A stretch of DNA of 64,000 nt from Candidatus Nomurabacteria bacterium (GTDB taxonomy: Bacteria > Patescibacteriota > Minisyncoccia > Phycocordibacterales > UBA9973). The DNA is taken from the NCBI GenBank assembly GCA_023267215.1, contig JAHFNS010000001.1:239507-303506 (forward strand), in the 5' to 3' direction. The stretch's first letter is position 1, and the number at the start of each line of letters is the position of its first letter. This document shows positions 20,348 through 32,246 of the stretch, piece after piece. Both the position numbers and the translations under genes were made by a program. Under the pieces are notes generated by a model. The model made no database searches and was not told the DNA's origin. It worked only from the letters and a program-made list of their open reading frames with translations.

Positions 20348-20349
20348 AA

Positions 20350-20658
20350 CTATTTTTTCCTAAATTTGGAATCAATTAATTTATAAACAGTTATAATAAA
20401 ATAAGGAATTATAAGTGCAAATAAATATTCCTCAAGTGGCATTAAACCTATATGTACCCCAAGTATACCCCCCCCTGGAAAAGACCAATGGCCACGCCAA
20501 ATTGCAAATGAATCCCAAATAACACCAAAAAGAAAGAAGAACCCAACAATCTCAAATCTTTCTTTTCTAGATTTGTAAAGATGAATGTGTTTCTTGTTCT
20601 CTAAAAATAAAGCAATAAAAAGTAAAATAATAAGAATTGTTAAATATTCAAAAGACAT
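20350..20658 (-). CDS. Small polytopic membrane protein, possibly lycopene-cyclase-domain (CrtYcd-like) family
   Basis: About 102 aa with three hydrophobic helices. GVHIGLMPLEEYLFALIIPY resembles the G..iPiEE..fF motif. Start set at the internal Met (MSFEYL), because the track start at 20694 lies inside a terminator hairpin. Confidence 0.35.
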   Translation of the reverse strand: MSFEYLTILIILLFIALFLENKKHIHLYKSRKERFEIVGFFFLFGVIWDSFAIWRGHWSFPGGGILGVHIGLMPLEEYLFALIIPYFIITVYKLIDSKFRKK

Positions 20659-20677
20659 ACTTTTATTATAACAAAAA

Positions 20678-20708
20678 ACACCTCGTGTTTCCACGAGGTG
20701 TTTTTTTT
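20678..20708. terminator. Bidirectional rho-independent terminator 3' of the 16S rRNA gene
   Basis: AAAAAACACCTCGTG-TTTC-CACGAGGTG-TTTTTTTT: 9-bp GC-rich stem with an A-run upstream and a T-run downstream. Confidence 0.7.
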
Positions 20709-20979
20709 GCTGTTCTATGTTTTGTTTCGTTCTATAAATCCACTAAAATTTTAAAAAATTTAGGCGGATAAACTTTTTTATTTATTTGTCTTTCCAAATT
20801 GTCTTAGATTTTTAAGTTGTCTTAAACTTCACTTTTCTAGATTGTTGTGATCAAACATTGTGTCGTCAATTGAGCGACACAATACCGACTCAATTAGTTC
20901 AACCTCTCCGAGGTCAGGATACTCCAGTGGAGCATCTCTCAGCTTTGTAAAATAAATTTTACAAAGCTGGAACGGTTTT

Positions 20980-22600
<1,621 letters not shown>

Positions 22601-22827
22601 GTTTACCCAACACACTTAAATTAAGTGTATGGGTTTATATTAGAACGAAACAAAACAAAAAACAGCAATGTTTTTGTCTTACTTAATCCTAGCTCTAAAA
22701 ATTATTTATACTTACTCAAAAAAACTATTGAGACTTGCTCCCGACTATTCATCGGGGTTCTCAAGTTATTAACTTGTCAAAGATTGAAACAAAAACGCCC
22801 TATCAAATTGGTAGAGACGCTGAGGAG

Positions 22828-22856
22828 AGTATATATCAAGCGATACGCGCTGTCAA
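22828..22856 (-). promoter_or_regulatory. Putative sigma70-type rRNA promoter (-35 TTGACA, 17-bp spacer, -10 TATACT)
   Basis: Minus strand reads cTTGACAgcgcgtatcgcttgataTATACTctcc, about 230 nt upstream of the 16S 5' end. Confidence 0.45.
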
Positions 22857-22997
22857 GCACAAAAAATACCCTTATTTGAGGGCATTTTTTGTGCTAATCT
22901 ATCTAGTACTATTTTTTAGCCTTTTTGGGTTTCTTTTTTTCTTTTCTATGTCCATCACCTTTTGCCATAAAATTTTTTTGTTAATTGATAATATTTT

Positions 22998-25718
22998 TTA
23001 TTTTAATAAAGCTTTGCTAGTTGCAGGACCTAGCAATCCATCTACTGTAAGTCCATTTCCAGCCTGAAATTTTTTAAGAGCCATTTGAGTGGCATAACCA
23101 AAATATTCTGTCTCTTGGCCTACCTCCACTCCTTCGATTTTAAAACCTTTTTCATTTAATAATTTCTGAAGACATTTAACTTCAGAATCGTTTATCCCTT
23201 TACTTAAAATTTTAGTAAACTCAGAGCAACTTGATGCTTCTACATTTGTATTTATATTTGTTTGTGAATTTTTTTCATCATTATTTGTTGCACTACCGAA
23301 AGCATCTAACGCATTTGCTGTTAACGAACTAAAAATTGAATTTTTGCTTGCAGTTGTTCCGGATGTTGAATTTATTTTTACCGTCAAATTTATTTTTGGA
23401 CTTCCACTGTTGTTAGAACCTACTGCCATAAACGTCAGATTATATGTCCCAGCGGCAAAATATGAGTGAGTAAATATTGCTGTAGATTGAGTAGTACTCG
23501 ATGGCAAAATTAGACAAGAAGTATCTGTTGGACATTGAGCCCCAGCGTCTCCCCAATCGACTATATATGTAAGAGTTGCACCACTTGAACTAGAAGCATT
23601 TATTGTCCAAGTGCCTGTTTGATTTACATTTAAGGTTTGCGGACCAGAAATATTATAAATCGTTACGGTTCCACTAGAAACGACAGGAAGATTAATTGGA
23701 TTAGAAGGAGTTGTGATTGGAGTTGGAGTTGGAGAAGTAACAGTAAAGTAATTATCACTTGAATCTAAGATATCATAATTATATTTAAGAAGAATTTTTA
23801 CTTTATATTGACCAGGTGCTAAATTTTTCGATAAAGTAAAAGATTCTACTCCATCATTTGGTGTCCCGTCCGGACCAGTTAATTCATATCCATCAAAATA
23901 AATAGTATTCCCTGTATTGTTTAAAACGATTACAACTTTTTGATTGTCAGTTGAAATATTTGGTGAATTCCATTTCACAGTTATCATGTCTCCTGCTTTA
24001 TAAGTCTCTCCACCATTTGGCGAAAGAACATTTATAGAAGGAGTTGTTGTGGTCGTTGGAGTTGTGATAGGAGGAACAGTTCCACAAGACAATCCGTTTC
24101 TCTGCATCAAAAGTGAAGCATCGTAGGAAGAGACACTCCCGTTGCCATCTATATCTGCTCGTGATTTTTGATCAGTTGTGAGATTACCATTTACAGCTGC
24201 ATTTAAAATCATATTCACATCAGTGCAAGTGATAGAACCATCACCGTTTACGTCACCAAGCAAAGTTGAGACTGGTTTAACACATCTAAATGTATTACAT
24301 CCATCTGCTCCTGTGTAAGATTCTGGTGCTGTTCCAGCAGAACAACTGACAAAAATTTGTGGACAAGCTGGAGTTGAAGGAGTTGTTGCTCCACAAGTTA
24401 AACCATATCTTTGCATCAAGAGTGAAGAATCATATGCTTGTACACTCCCATTGCCATCTACATCTGCTCTTGATTTTTGGTCAACAGTTAAAGTTTTGTT
24501 CCCAACCACTGCATCTAAAATCATTTGATTATCTGTACAGGTAATAGAACCATCACCGTTTACATCACCAATTGATAAACTTGGAATTGGGGTCGTCCCA
24601 CCCACAGTCACAGTAAAATTACTTGAATTGATTCCACCTTTACAATCCGAAACTGTAACTTTTGCATTATATGTCCCTGCTTTATTCCAAACATGATTTG
24701 CATTATATGTCCAATTCTTTTTTTCTTGTAAATTTATATTTCCCATCGGACAAATCATACTGACGGCAGTTCCTTCACCCCAATCCGTTGACCAAATTAG
24801 ATTATCATTATCTGCGTCAGTAGCATTAAAAACAAAACTGACCGACTGACCAGTGTTTACATTTGAAGGGACTACAAAAGAACCAATAACAGGATTGTTA
24901 TTTGTTGGCACCGCTACACCAACTACATTTACCGTCAAACTCGTCTGTGCACTTCCTCCATTGCCAGGACATGGAGTTGTAATACATCTTATTGTATTTT
25001 CACTTGTCACTGTAAATACTGGCGTATATGTTCCTATTTGGGAATAAGTATGAGTGAAAGTTGCTGTTTGAGATTGCGGTTGTATTAAGGAATTTCCTTT
25101 TAAAATATCTGTAGAATAAACATCTCCCCAATTTACAGAATATGTAAGATTCCCGCCATTCGAGCTAGAAGCATTTATTGTCCACGTACCCATTTGATTT
25201 ACATTTAATGTTTGCGAACCAGAGACACTAGAAATAACTGGACCAGTTGAAGAAGTAGTACATTTATATGAAGTCGTACAATTATTTACACCTATGACTG
25301 GCTCTATTTTCCCATTAGGACAAAAATTTGGAGCTGGTTGTGTAATAGCTGGACAAATAATTGGAGTCACCCCACTACATCCACTCACACTTGATATTTT
25401 CGCTCTCGTTATTGGACCCACATATCCACTATTTAAAATACCAACTTTTGTTTGAAATGATTTCACAGCTATTTGAGTTAACAAACCAAAATAACCAGTT
25501 GGTTCTGAATTAAGATATCCTTGTGATTGTAAAAAATCTTGCAGAGTAGAAACATCTCCGCTGGTATTTATATCGCGGGAACGATATTGAAGATTGTGAG
25601 TAATAGAAGCACAAGATGAAGTTTGGTCTGGATTAACATCTCCAGTAATTTGTGCAAACGAAAAACCTGGAACTAATAGAACTCCAGCAAGAAACAAAAC
25701 GATAATATATTTCTTCAT
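22998..25718 (-). CDS. Large secreted cell-surface protein with peptidoglycan-binding, PKD-like and dockerin-like domains
   Basis: Signal peptide (MKKYIIVLFLAGVLLVPGFSFAQ). PG_binding_1-like modules at both ends (LQDFLQSQGYL..GYFG; LQKLLNEKGF..GYATQMALKKFQ). Two PKD-like modules (WGD...FTHTY...GTYT). Two dockerin-like repeats (GDVNGDGSITCTD...ADVDGNGSV). Thr/Pro-rich linkers. Confidence 0.6.
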   Translation of the reverse strand: MKKYIIVLFLAGVLLVPGFSFAQITGDVNPDQTSSCASITHNLQYRSRDINTSGDVSTLQDFLQSQGYLNSEPTGYFGLLTQIAVKSFQTKVGILNSGYVGPITRAKISSVSGCSGVTPIICPAITQPAPNFCPNGKIEPVIGVNNCTTSYKCTTSSTGPVISSVSGSQTLNVNQMGTWTINASSSNGGNLTYSVNWGDVYSTDILKGNSLIQPQSQTATFTHTYSQIGTYTPVFTVTSENTIRCITTPCPGNGGSAQTSLTVNVVGVAVPTNNNPVIGSFVVPSNVNTGQSVSFVFNATDADNDNLIWSTDWGEGTAVSMICPMGNINLQEKKNWTYNANHVWNKAGTYNAKVTVSDCKGGINSSNFTVTVGGTTPIPSLSIGDVNGDGSITCTDNQMILDAVVGNKTLTVDQKSRADVDGNGSVQAYDSSLLMQRYGLTCGATTPSTPACPQIFVSCSAGTAPESYTGADGCNTFRCVKPVSTLLGDVNGDGSITCTDVNMILNAAVNGNLTTDQKSRADIDGNGSVSSYDASLLMQRNGLSCGTVPPITTPTTTTTPSINVLSPNGGETYKAGDMITVKWNSPNISTDNQKVVIVLNNTGNTIYFDGYELTGPDGTPNDGVESFTLSKNLAPGQYKVKILLKYNYDILDSSDNYFTVTSPTPTPITTPSNPINLPVVSSGTVTIYNISGPQTLNVNQTGTWTINASSSSGATLTYIVDWGDAGAQCPTDTSCLILPSSTTQSTAIFTHSYFAAGTYNLTFMAVGSNNSGSPKINLTVKINSTSGTTASKNSIFSSLTANALDAFGSATNNDEKNSQTNINTNVEASSCSEFTKILSKGINDSEVKCLQKLLNEKGFKIEGVEVGQETEYFGYATQMALKKFQAGNGLTVDGLLGPATSKALLK

Positions 25719-25823
25719 ATTTTTATTCCCTAGTTTTTCTCTAGAGAAATTATTTAATAAACTTAATAATAAAAATTTAATAAAATTATACTTCTGTTGA
25801 TATATATCTGTCAAGAATAGTTT

Positions 25824-26936
25824 TTATTTCCCCAATATAATAGCTACGATATCTGGAAAATGTTCTGTATAGTCGCCAAATATTTGTTCTCCAAAAGCAT
25901 CTACTTCAAATTTCTCCCAAGTTATCTTTTCTTTAAACCCAGCTCCAGAATATGAACCGAAGCTCATTGGTGATGAATGTATTTCGATGAATCCTGCCCA
26001 TGAACGCACGACTTTCTCTTGCACTTCTTCTGTTTCTTCAAAAAGAAAATCTTTCTTAATGTGAGGAACGACACAAATAGGAAAATCTGCAGCGATACCT
26101 CCACCTAATTGCAAGAAGGCTAAACCTTTTTCTTTTGTATTGTCCATATACCATTCAGCAAGTCTATGCATGTAACGGAATGAATGATGAACGACATCAG
26201 GACTTATTGGTTTTTCTAATTTATATTTGGCCAGTAATGGATGATCACCATCGTAGCAAGCATGAGTGAAAATATTTCCCATGGTTGAATCTTCTGCTCC
26301 TGGAACAAAAACTGGAATTTTATTTAAGTACGCTTGATAGAGCCAGCATTCATCTGGATTGGCTGTCGGGTCAAACTTTATAAGTTTTCTTTCGAAAAGT
26401 TGGAAGAAATATTCATGCCACAAAAGAGGCTTGTTGTTTTCTTCTGCCTCACGCCACAATTTTTCTAATTCTGGTAGGACGACTCGGACTGATTCATCTT
26501 CTGGTAAAAATGTATCTGTGATTCTGCGAAGTCCTGCCCGAGCCAATTCTTTTTCTTCTTGTCTAGTGAGCTCGACATAGTCTGGAATGTAAGCATAATG
26601 ACTATTCGCCACGAGTCTATATAAACTTTCTTCCATATTTGCTCCTGTGACAGAAATGGCTGCTATCTTTCCAGCTCTGATGAGTTCAGATATCATGATA
26701 CCTTGTTGAAAAGAAGAACCTGCTCCAGACATAGTCAAAAATATTTTACCTCCGTTGTCTGTATGCTTCTTTAACCATAGTCCTGCATTGATGGTCTTTC
26801 CACCATTGCAATGTCTTTTCGTATCGACAAGCCAGTTTGTAATAGGTGTCTTAGGATCAGGCTTATAATCTCTCTCCCCCATAAAAATTTTAGCTTGTAA
26901 TTCCTTACTTAATGTAGATATTTTTTGTTGTGACAT
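25824..26936 (-). CDS. Deoxyhypusine synthase-family protein (DHS-like NAD-binding)
   Basis: TMSGAGSS...VTGANMEESL...AGLRRITDTFLP resemble the DHS conserved blocks (TaGgiEED; GlnRIGn). Confidence 0.5.
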   Translation of the reverse strand: MSQQKISTLSKELQAKIFMGERDYKPDPKTPITNWLVDTKRHCNGGKTINAGLWLKKHTDNGGKIFLTMSGAGSSFQQGIMISELIRAGKIAAISVTGANMEESLYRLVANSHYAYIPDYVELTRQEEKELARAGLRRITDTFLPEDESVRVVLPELEKLWREAEENNKPLLWHEYFFQLFERKLIKFDPTANPDECWLYQAYLNKIPVFVPGAEDSTMGNIFTHACYDGDHPLLAKYKLEKPISPDVVHHSFRYMHRLAEWYMDNTKEKGLAFLQLGGGIAADFPICVVPHIKKDFLFEETEEVQEKVVRSWAGFIEIHSSPMSFGSYSGAGFKEKITWEKFEVDAFGEQIFGDYTEHFPDIVAIILGK

Positions 26937-27033
26937 AATTTAGTATTATACAAAATTAAAGATAATAAATACAACCCCCGATATCCCCCTTGTCAGGGGG
27001 CTTTTTGTTAAAGTTTGTTCTGTATTGCATTTT

Positions 27034-27079
27034 CCACCTCTCCTTGTAAAGGAGAGGGGGCTAGGGGGTGAGGTGAATT
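27034..27079. repeat. GC-rich palindromic repeat, partial copy E
   Basis: CCACCTCTCCTTGTAAAGGAGAGGGGGCTAGGGGGTGAGGTG. Preceded at 26974-27010 by the hairpin CCCCCTTGTCAGGGGG plus a T-run. Confidence 0.7.
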
Positions 27080-27112
27080 GCTTTTTCTTCTATTTTATGT
27101 AATACTATCCCC

Positions 27113-27352
27113 ATGCAATTAGTAGCTAAAATATTGCCATATGCGCAAATAATACTTTCTGTAGTTTTAGTGACTGCTATATTACTTCAACAATCCGGCT
27201 CTGATACAGGAGGTGCCCTAGGAGGAAGTGGTGAATCTTTTCATCATACCCGTCGAGGCTTTGAAAGATTTCTTTTTTATCTATCTATAGTTTGTGGAAT
27301 TCTTTTTACTTTGTCCGCTTTCTTAGCTATAATAATAAAAGCAAAGAGCTAG
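27113..27352 (+). CDS. secG: Preprotein translocase subunit SecG
   Basis: 79 aa, two TM helices. ILLQQSGSDTGGALGGSG fits the SecG ILLQ.GKG..G..FG.G signature. Confidence 0.65.
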   Translation: MQLVAKILPYAQIILSVVLVTAILLQQSGSDTGGALGGSGESFHHTRRGFERFLFYLSIVCGILFTLSAFLAIIIKAKS

Positions 27353-27379
27353 ACCTACCTTCCTTTAAATTTAAGTTTT

Positions 27380-29131
27380 ATGGAAAATTTTTACAATCGT
27401 ATACGTAATTTATTGCCGTCAAAAAGCGAAATAAAGAAAGCCATCTCTCATTTTTCAAAAAGAGAGTATTTTGTTTTTCTCGGTCTAGTGATCATCTTTT
27501 GTATAAGCATATTGTTGATACTTGAAAGTGTAAACAAATCTTTTATGGTCTCCGTGCCTTTAAAAGGAGGTTCGATAACTGAAGGTATTGTGGGCACTCC
27601 TCGTTTTATTAATCCAATACTCGCCTATTCTGATGTAGATCAAGATTTGGTATCACTCATTTATTCTGGATTAATGAGAAAAAATACTGATGATACTCTT
27701 GCTCCTGATTTAGCTTTAAAATATGAAGTATCGAAAGATGGGCTTACTTATACTTTTACATTAAGAAATAATATATATTTTCACGACGGAAAAGAGATTA
27801 CAGCTGATGATGTAATTTTTACTATAAACAAAACAAAAGATGGAACTACTAAAAGTCCTAAAAAGGGAAATTGGGATGGGGTGAGTGTAGAAAAAATTGA
27901 TCAAAAAACAATTAAATTTATATTAAAACAACCCTATGCTTCATTTTTAGAAAACACAACTTTAGGCATAATGCCAGCTTATCTTTGGAATAGTTTACCA
28001 ATTGAATTGAATGATGCCAATACGCAACCAATCGGTTCCGGACCCTTTAAAGTTTCTAAGGTAAGCAAACAATCTGGAGGATTAATAGATTATTATGATT
28101 TAATACCTTTTGATAAATTTAATTTAGGTGAACCATATATTAAAACATTTACTTTACGTTTTTATTCAAATGAAGAAAATTTAATGTCAGCGCTTTTGAA
28201 AGGTGAAGTAGATCAAATAAGTTCTATCACCCCTCTTAATGCTGAAATTTTGAAAAATAAAAATTATCGAATAGAATCTCTCACCCTTCCTCGAGTTTTT
28301 GGACTCTTTTTTAACCAAAATCAAAATCAAATTTTTACCGATAAAAAAGTAATTGAAGCCATAAATTTAACTATCAATAAAGAACAAATCGTGAAAAATG
28401 TACTTTTAGGATACGGTGTCGTTATAAATGATCCGATACCCCCCAACATGATTAATTACCAAAAATTAAATAAAGAAAATAATACTTCTTATGAAGAAAA
28501 TATAAAAAAAGCTGAAGATATTTTAGACAAAGATGGATGGAAAAAAGGAGAAGATGGAATTTTGCAAAAAACTATCATTGACAAAAAAAAGAAAAAGACG
28601 ACAACTTACTTAGAATTTTCTATTTCTACGGGTAATGCCCCAGAACTCGCCAATACTGCTCTATTAATTAAAAAAGATTTAGAGAATATTGGAATGAGGA
28701 TAAATGTAAAAACTTTTGAGATCGGCAATCTAAATCAAGGAGTCATCCGTCCACGCAAATATGATGCTCTTCTTTTCGGACAAATAATAAATCATGAATC
28801 AGACTTGTTTGCCTTCTGGCATTCTTCTCAAAGAAAAGACCCAGGCCTTAATGTAGCTATGTATACTAACGCTAAAGTAGATAAAATATTAGAAGATGCT
28901 TTTATTACTATCGATGAACAATCTAGAGTTAAAAAATATGCAGAATTTGAAAATGAGATAAGGAAAGATATGCCTGCTATATTTTTATATAGTCCAGACT
29001 TTATTTATGTAATTTCTAAAAATATTCAAGGATTTTCAATCAATCATATAATCACCCCAGGAGACAGATTTTTAAATTCATACCTATGGTATACTAAAAT
29101 CGACAATGTTTGGAAAATATTTTCTAAATAA
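27380..29131 (+). CDS. Extracellular solute-binding protein family 5 (oligopeptide/dipeptide ABC transporter substrate-binding-like)
   Basis: 583 aa, N-terminal TM anchor, OppA/DppA-like architecture. Confidence 0.6.
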   Translation: MENFYNRIRNLLPSKSEIKKAISHFSKREYFVFLGLVIIFCISILLILESVNKSFMVSVPLKGGSITEGIVGTPRFINPILAYSDVDQDLVSLIYSGLMRKNTDDTLAPDLALKYEVSKDGLTYTFTLRNNIYFHDGKEITADDVIFTINKTKDGTTKSPKKGNWDGVSVEKIDQKTIKFILKQPYASFLENTTLGIMPAYLWNSLPIELNDANTQPIGSGPFKVSKVSKQSGGLIDYYDLIPFDKFNLGEPYIKTFTLRFYSNEENLMSALLKGEVDQISSITPLNAEILKNKNYRIESLTLPRVFGLFFNQNQNQIFTDKKVIEAINLTINKEQIVKNVLLGYGVVINDPIPPNMINYQKLNKENNTSYEENIKKAEDILDKDGWKKGEDGILQKTIIDKKKKKTTTYLEFSISTGNAPELANTALLIKKDLENIGMRINVKTFEIGNLNQGVIRPRKYDALLFGQIINHESDLFAFWHSSQRKDPGLNVAMYTNAKVDKILEDAFITIDEQSRVKKYAEFENEIRKDMPAIFLYSPDFIYVISKNIQGFSINHIITPGDRFLNSYLWYTKIDNVWKIFSK

Positions 29132-29160
29132 TTAAACTAATTAAAAATAACCAAAAAACA

Positions 29161-31098
29161 ATGAGAAAAAACAGACTACCTTTCAGTGCTTTAAGCATAG
29201 AACCTGCACATAATAATGTGCATAACAATAATACAGGTTTGGTGAAAAAAGAATTACCAAATCAAAATTCTAGACATCACTCTACAAAAAAACCTATAAA
29301 AAGTTCTACTTATCAATATTCCAAAAAAAATTACGGACAATCTCGAAACAAAAATCATTCATTAAATGACAAAAATAAATACAAAGATATTAATGAAAAT
29401 AAAATTCCTAAAATAGAAGAAGGAGTCGTTCGTATTATTCCGCTCGGTGGCGTAGAAGAAATTGGAAAAAATATGACTGCCATTGAAATCGGTGATGATA
29501 TTATCGTCATTGATGCTGGTATGCATTTTTCCAACGAAGATACGCCAGGAGTAGATTACGTCATTCCAAATACAACATATCTCGAAGAACATAAAGATAA
29601 AATACGTGGACTTTTTATCACTCATGGACACTTGGACCACATAGGAGGAGTACCTTTGGTGCTTTCTCGTATTGGTAATCCACCTGTTTATTCTCGCCAG
29701 CTTTCAATGCTCTTGATGCGAAAACGTCAAGCAGAATTTCCTCAATTACCTCCCATGAAAGAAAATATTGTAGAAAAAGACGAAGTTATTACTTGTGGAA
29801 AAATAAAAATAAGATTTTTTGGTGTTATGCATACAATTCCTGATTCTATGGGAATAATTGTTGAGACAAAAAATGGTTGGATAGTAAATCCAGGAGACTA
29901 TAAATTGGACCAAATAGATGGAATCGTAACACAAATAGAAGAAAAAGAATATTCTATCTTCGATCGTGCAAAAGTTTTGCTCTTGATGACTGATTCCACA
30001 AATATAGAAAATGAGGGTTTTGCTTTGCCTGAAATAAAAGTACATCAAGGATTAGAAAACTTAATAAAAAAAATAAACGGTAGAATAATCATCGCCGCTT
30101 TCGCTTCTCATATCACTCGACTAGCTCATATAATAAAAGTTGCAGAGTCTCTCGGTAAAAAAGTAGCATTTGACGGTCGTTCAATGAAAACGAACATAGA
30201 TGTTGCAATAGAAACTGGATTTTTAACACTTAAAAAAGGTACTTTAATACCAATAGAAGAAGCTAAAGATTATCCACCAAATAAAATTGTTGCCCTTATG
30301 ACGGGCGCGCAAGGTGAAGAATTTGCCGCGTTAAATCGTGCTGCTAATAAATCTAATGCAAAATTTTCACTTCAAAAAGGAGACACGATAATACTTTCAG
30401 CTTCTGTTATTCCGGGCAATGAAAGAGCAGTAGTGAGAATGAAAGATGGTTTATCACGACAAGGTGTGAAAATTATTAGTTATCGTACAGCTGGAGAAGA
30501 TTTCGTACATGCTACAGGTCATGGCAACAAAGAAGATATAAAATGGCTTCATAAGAAAACTCATCCTAAATTTTTCATTGCTATTCACGGCAATCATTAT
30601 ATGTTAGAACTTCACAAAGAACTAGCTGTTGATCTTGGGATGTCAGAAAAAAATGTTATTGTACCAGACAATGGTTCAGTTATTGAAATTTCAGCTGATG
30701 GAGAAAAAATAAATATAAGAAAGGAAAAAGCACCAAGTGCTCCAATGATGGTAGATGGACTCTCAATTTCAGATCTACAAGACGTTGTAATTAGAGACAG
30801 ACAAATGCTCGCCCAAGATGGAATGTTTGTCATCATTGCACTCATTGATCAAAAAACAGGAAAATTAAAAAAATCCCCCGACCTTATATCTCGTGGTTTC
30901 GTTTATTTGAAAGAAAACCAAGAACTTTTACGCCAAGTACGAATCATTATTAAAAAAGGAGTGGAAGATGTAGCTGTAAAAAATAACGTAGTTGATCTTG
31001 ACCATATCAAAGCAAATCTAGGAGAGACTGTTTCAAAATTCTTATATCAAAAAACAGCCAAAAGACCATTAGTTATACCAGTAGTATTGAGTATATGA
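29161..31098 (+). CDS. rnj: Ribonuclease J (beta-CASP metallo-beta-lactamase RNase) with ~95-aa basic N/K/S-rich N-terminal extension
   Basis: RIIPLGGVEEIGKNMTAIEIGDDIIVIDAG and the HxHxDH motif (ITHGHLDHIGG), plus beta-CASP and C-terminal domain. Confidence 0.85.
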   Translation: MRKNRLPFSALSIEPAHNNVHNNNTGLVKKELPNQNSRHHSTKKPIKSSTYQYSKKNYGQSRNKNHSLNDKNKYKDINENKIPKIEEGVVRIIPLGGVEEIGKNMTAIEIGDDIIVIDAGMHFSNEDTPGVDYVIPNTTYLEEHKDKIRGLFITHGHLDHIGGVPLVLSRIGNPPVYSRQLSMLLMRKRQAEFPQLPPMKENIVEKDEVITCGKIKIRFFGVMHTIPDSMGIIVETKNGWIVNPGDYKLDQIDGIVTQIEEKEYSIFDRAKVLLLMTDSTNIENEGFALPEIKVHQGLENLIKKINGRIIIAAFASHITRLAHIIKVAESLGKKVAFDGRSMKTNIDVAIETGFLTLKKGTLIPIEEAKDYPPNKIVALMTGAQGEEFAALNRAANKSNAKFSLQKGDTIILSASVIPGNERAVVRMKDGLSRQGVKIISYRTAGEDFVHATGHGNKEDIKWLHKKTHPKFFIAIHGNHYMLELHKELAVDLGMSEKNVIVPDNGSVIEISADGEKINIRKEKAPSAPMMVDGLSISDLQDVVIRDRQMLAQDGMFVIIALIDQKTGKLKKSPDLISRGFVYLKENQELLRQVRIIIKKGVEDVAVKNNVVDLDHIKANLGETVSKFLYQKTAKRPLVIPVVLSI

Positions 31099-32243
31099 AG
31101 CATAACAGAAAAATAATATATTTAGCAGGATTTTTATTTTCCATTCCCATAGCTCTCACCTCTTATATAAATTCTAGTTTTTTGGAAAATTACATTGATA
31201 AAAATTATATCGGTGTTATCTACATAATTGCATCAATTTTGACCATCTTGGGCTTACTAAAAATGCCCAAACTTTTAACCTACCTTGGAAATCGTTCAAC
31301 AATTATTTTGTTTTCTTTTTTAATCTTTCTTTCGCTTATTTTATTAGCATTTGGAAATACAGTTTTTACTATTCTCTCAGCTTTTATTGTCTATTTTATT
31401 TCTATCAATTTTGTTATTGCTTCTCTTGATATTTTTATTGAAGATTTCTCTAAAAATTCCCCCATCGGCTCACTTCGAGGATTTTATTTGACAGTTATAA
31501 ACCTTGCCTGGGTTATTGCTCAATTTATTTCTGGTTCAATTATTGATAAAAGTTCTTTTCTAGGTCTTTATCTATTTAGTTCATTGTTTATGGTTTTAGT
31601 TTTGTTTATTTTCATAGTATTTTTACATGATTTTAAAGATCCAGAATACAAAAAGATATCTACCTTGAAAACAATAAAAACTTTTATTCAGAGCAAACAT
31701 CTCTCAAAAATATATTTTATAAATTTTATTATAAAATTTTTTTACTCTTGGATGGTCGTTTATACACCTATTTATTTACATGAATATATGGGTTTTAATT
31801 GGGATAAAATTGGTATAATTTTTGGAATTATGCTTTTACCTTTTGTTATTTTAGATTTTCCTTTGGGTAAACTCTCAGATAAAATCGGTGAGAAAAAAAT
31901 GCTTTTTATTGGTTTTTTAATTATAATTTTTTCTGTTTTGATAATTCCTTTTATTAAAGAATCCATACTTTGGATTTGGGCTTCAATTCTTTTTGCGACA
32001 CGTATGGGTGCAGCCACGATTGAGGTAATGAGTGAAAGTTATTTTTTCAAAATAGTAAAAGAAGAAAACGCTGATGAAATCAGTTTCTTCAGAAACACTT
32101 ATCCCCTTTCTTATATCATCGCCCCACTTTTCGCTATCCCTATTTTGCTATTAGTACCTTCTTTTAAATATCTCTTCTTCGTTTTAGGTGCAGTATTACT
32201 CGTAGGATTCTTCATCACCCTACGAGTAAAAGATGTAAAATAA
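31095..32243 (+). CDS. MFS-type transporter (12 predicted TM helices)
   Basis: 382 aa, uniformly hydrophobic, helices in a 6+6 arrangement. Confidence 0.55.
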   Translation: MKHNRKIIYLAGFLFSIPIALTSYINSSFLENYIDKNYIGVIYIIASILTILGLLKMPKLLTYLGNRSTIILFSFLIFLSLILLAFGNTVFTILSAFIVYFISINFVIASLDIFIEDFSKNSPIGSLRGFYLTVINLAWVIAQFISGSIIDKSSFLGLYLFSSLFMVLVLFIFIVFLHDFKDPEYKKISTLKTIKTFIQSKHLSKIYFINFIIKFFYSWMVVYTPIYLHEYMGFNWDKIGIIFGIMLLPFVILDFPLGKLSDKIGEKKMLFIGFLIIIFSVLIIPFIKESILWIWASILFATRMGAATIEVMSESYFFKIVKEENADEISFFRNTYPLSYIIAPLFAIPILLLVPSFKYLFFVLGAVLLVGFFITLRVKDVK

Positions 32244-32246
32244 AAT

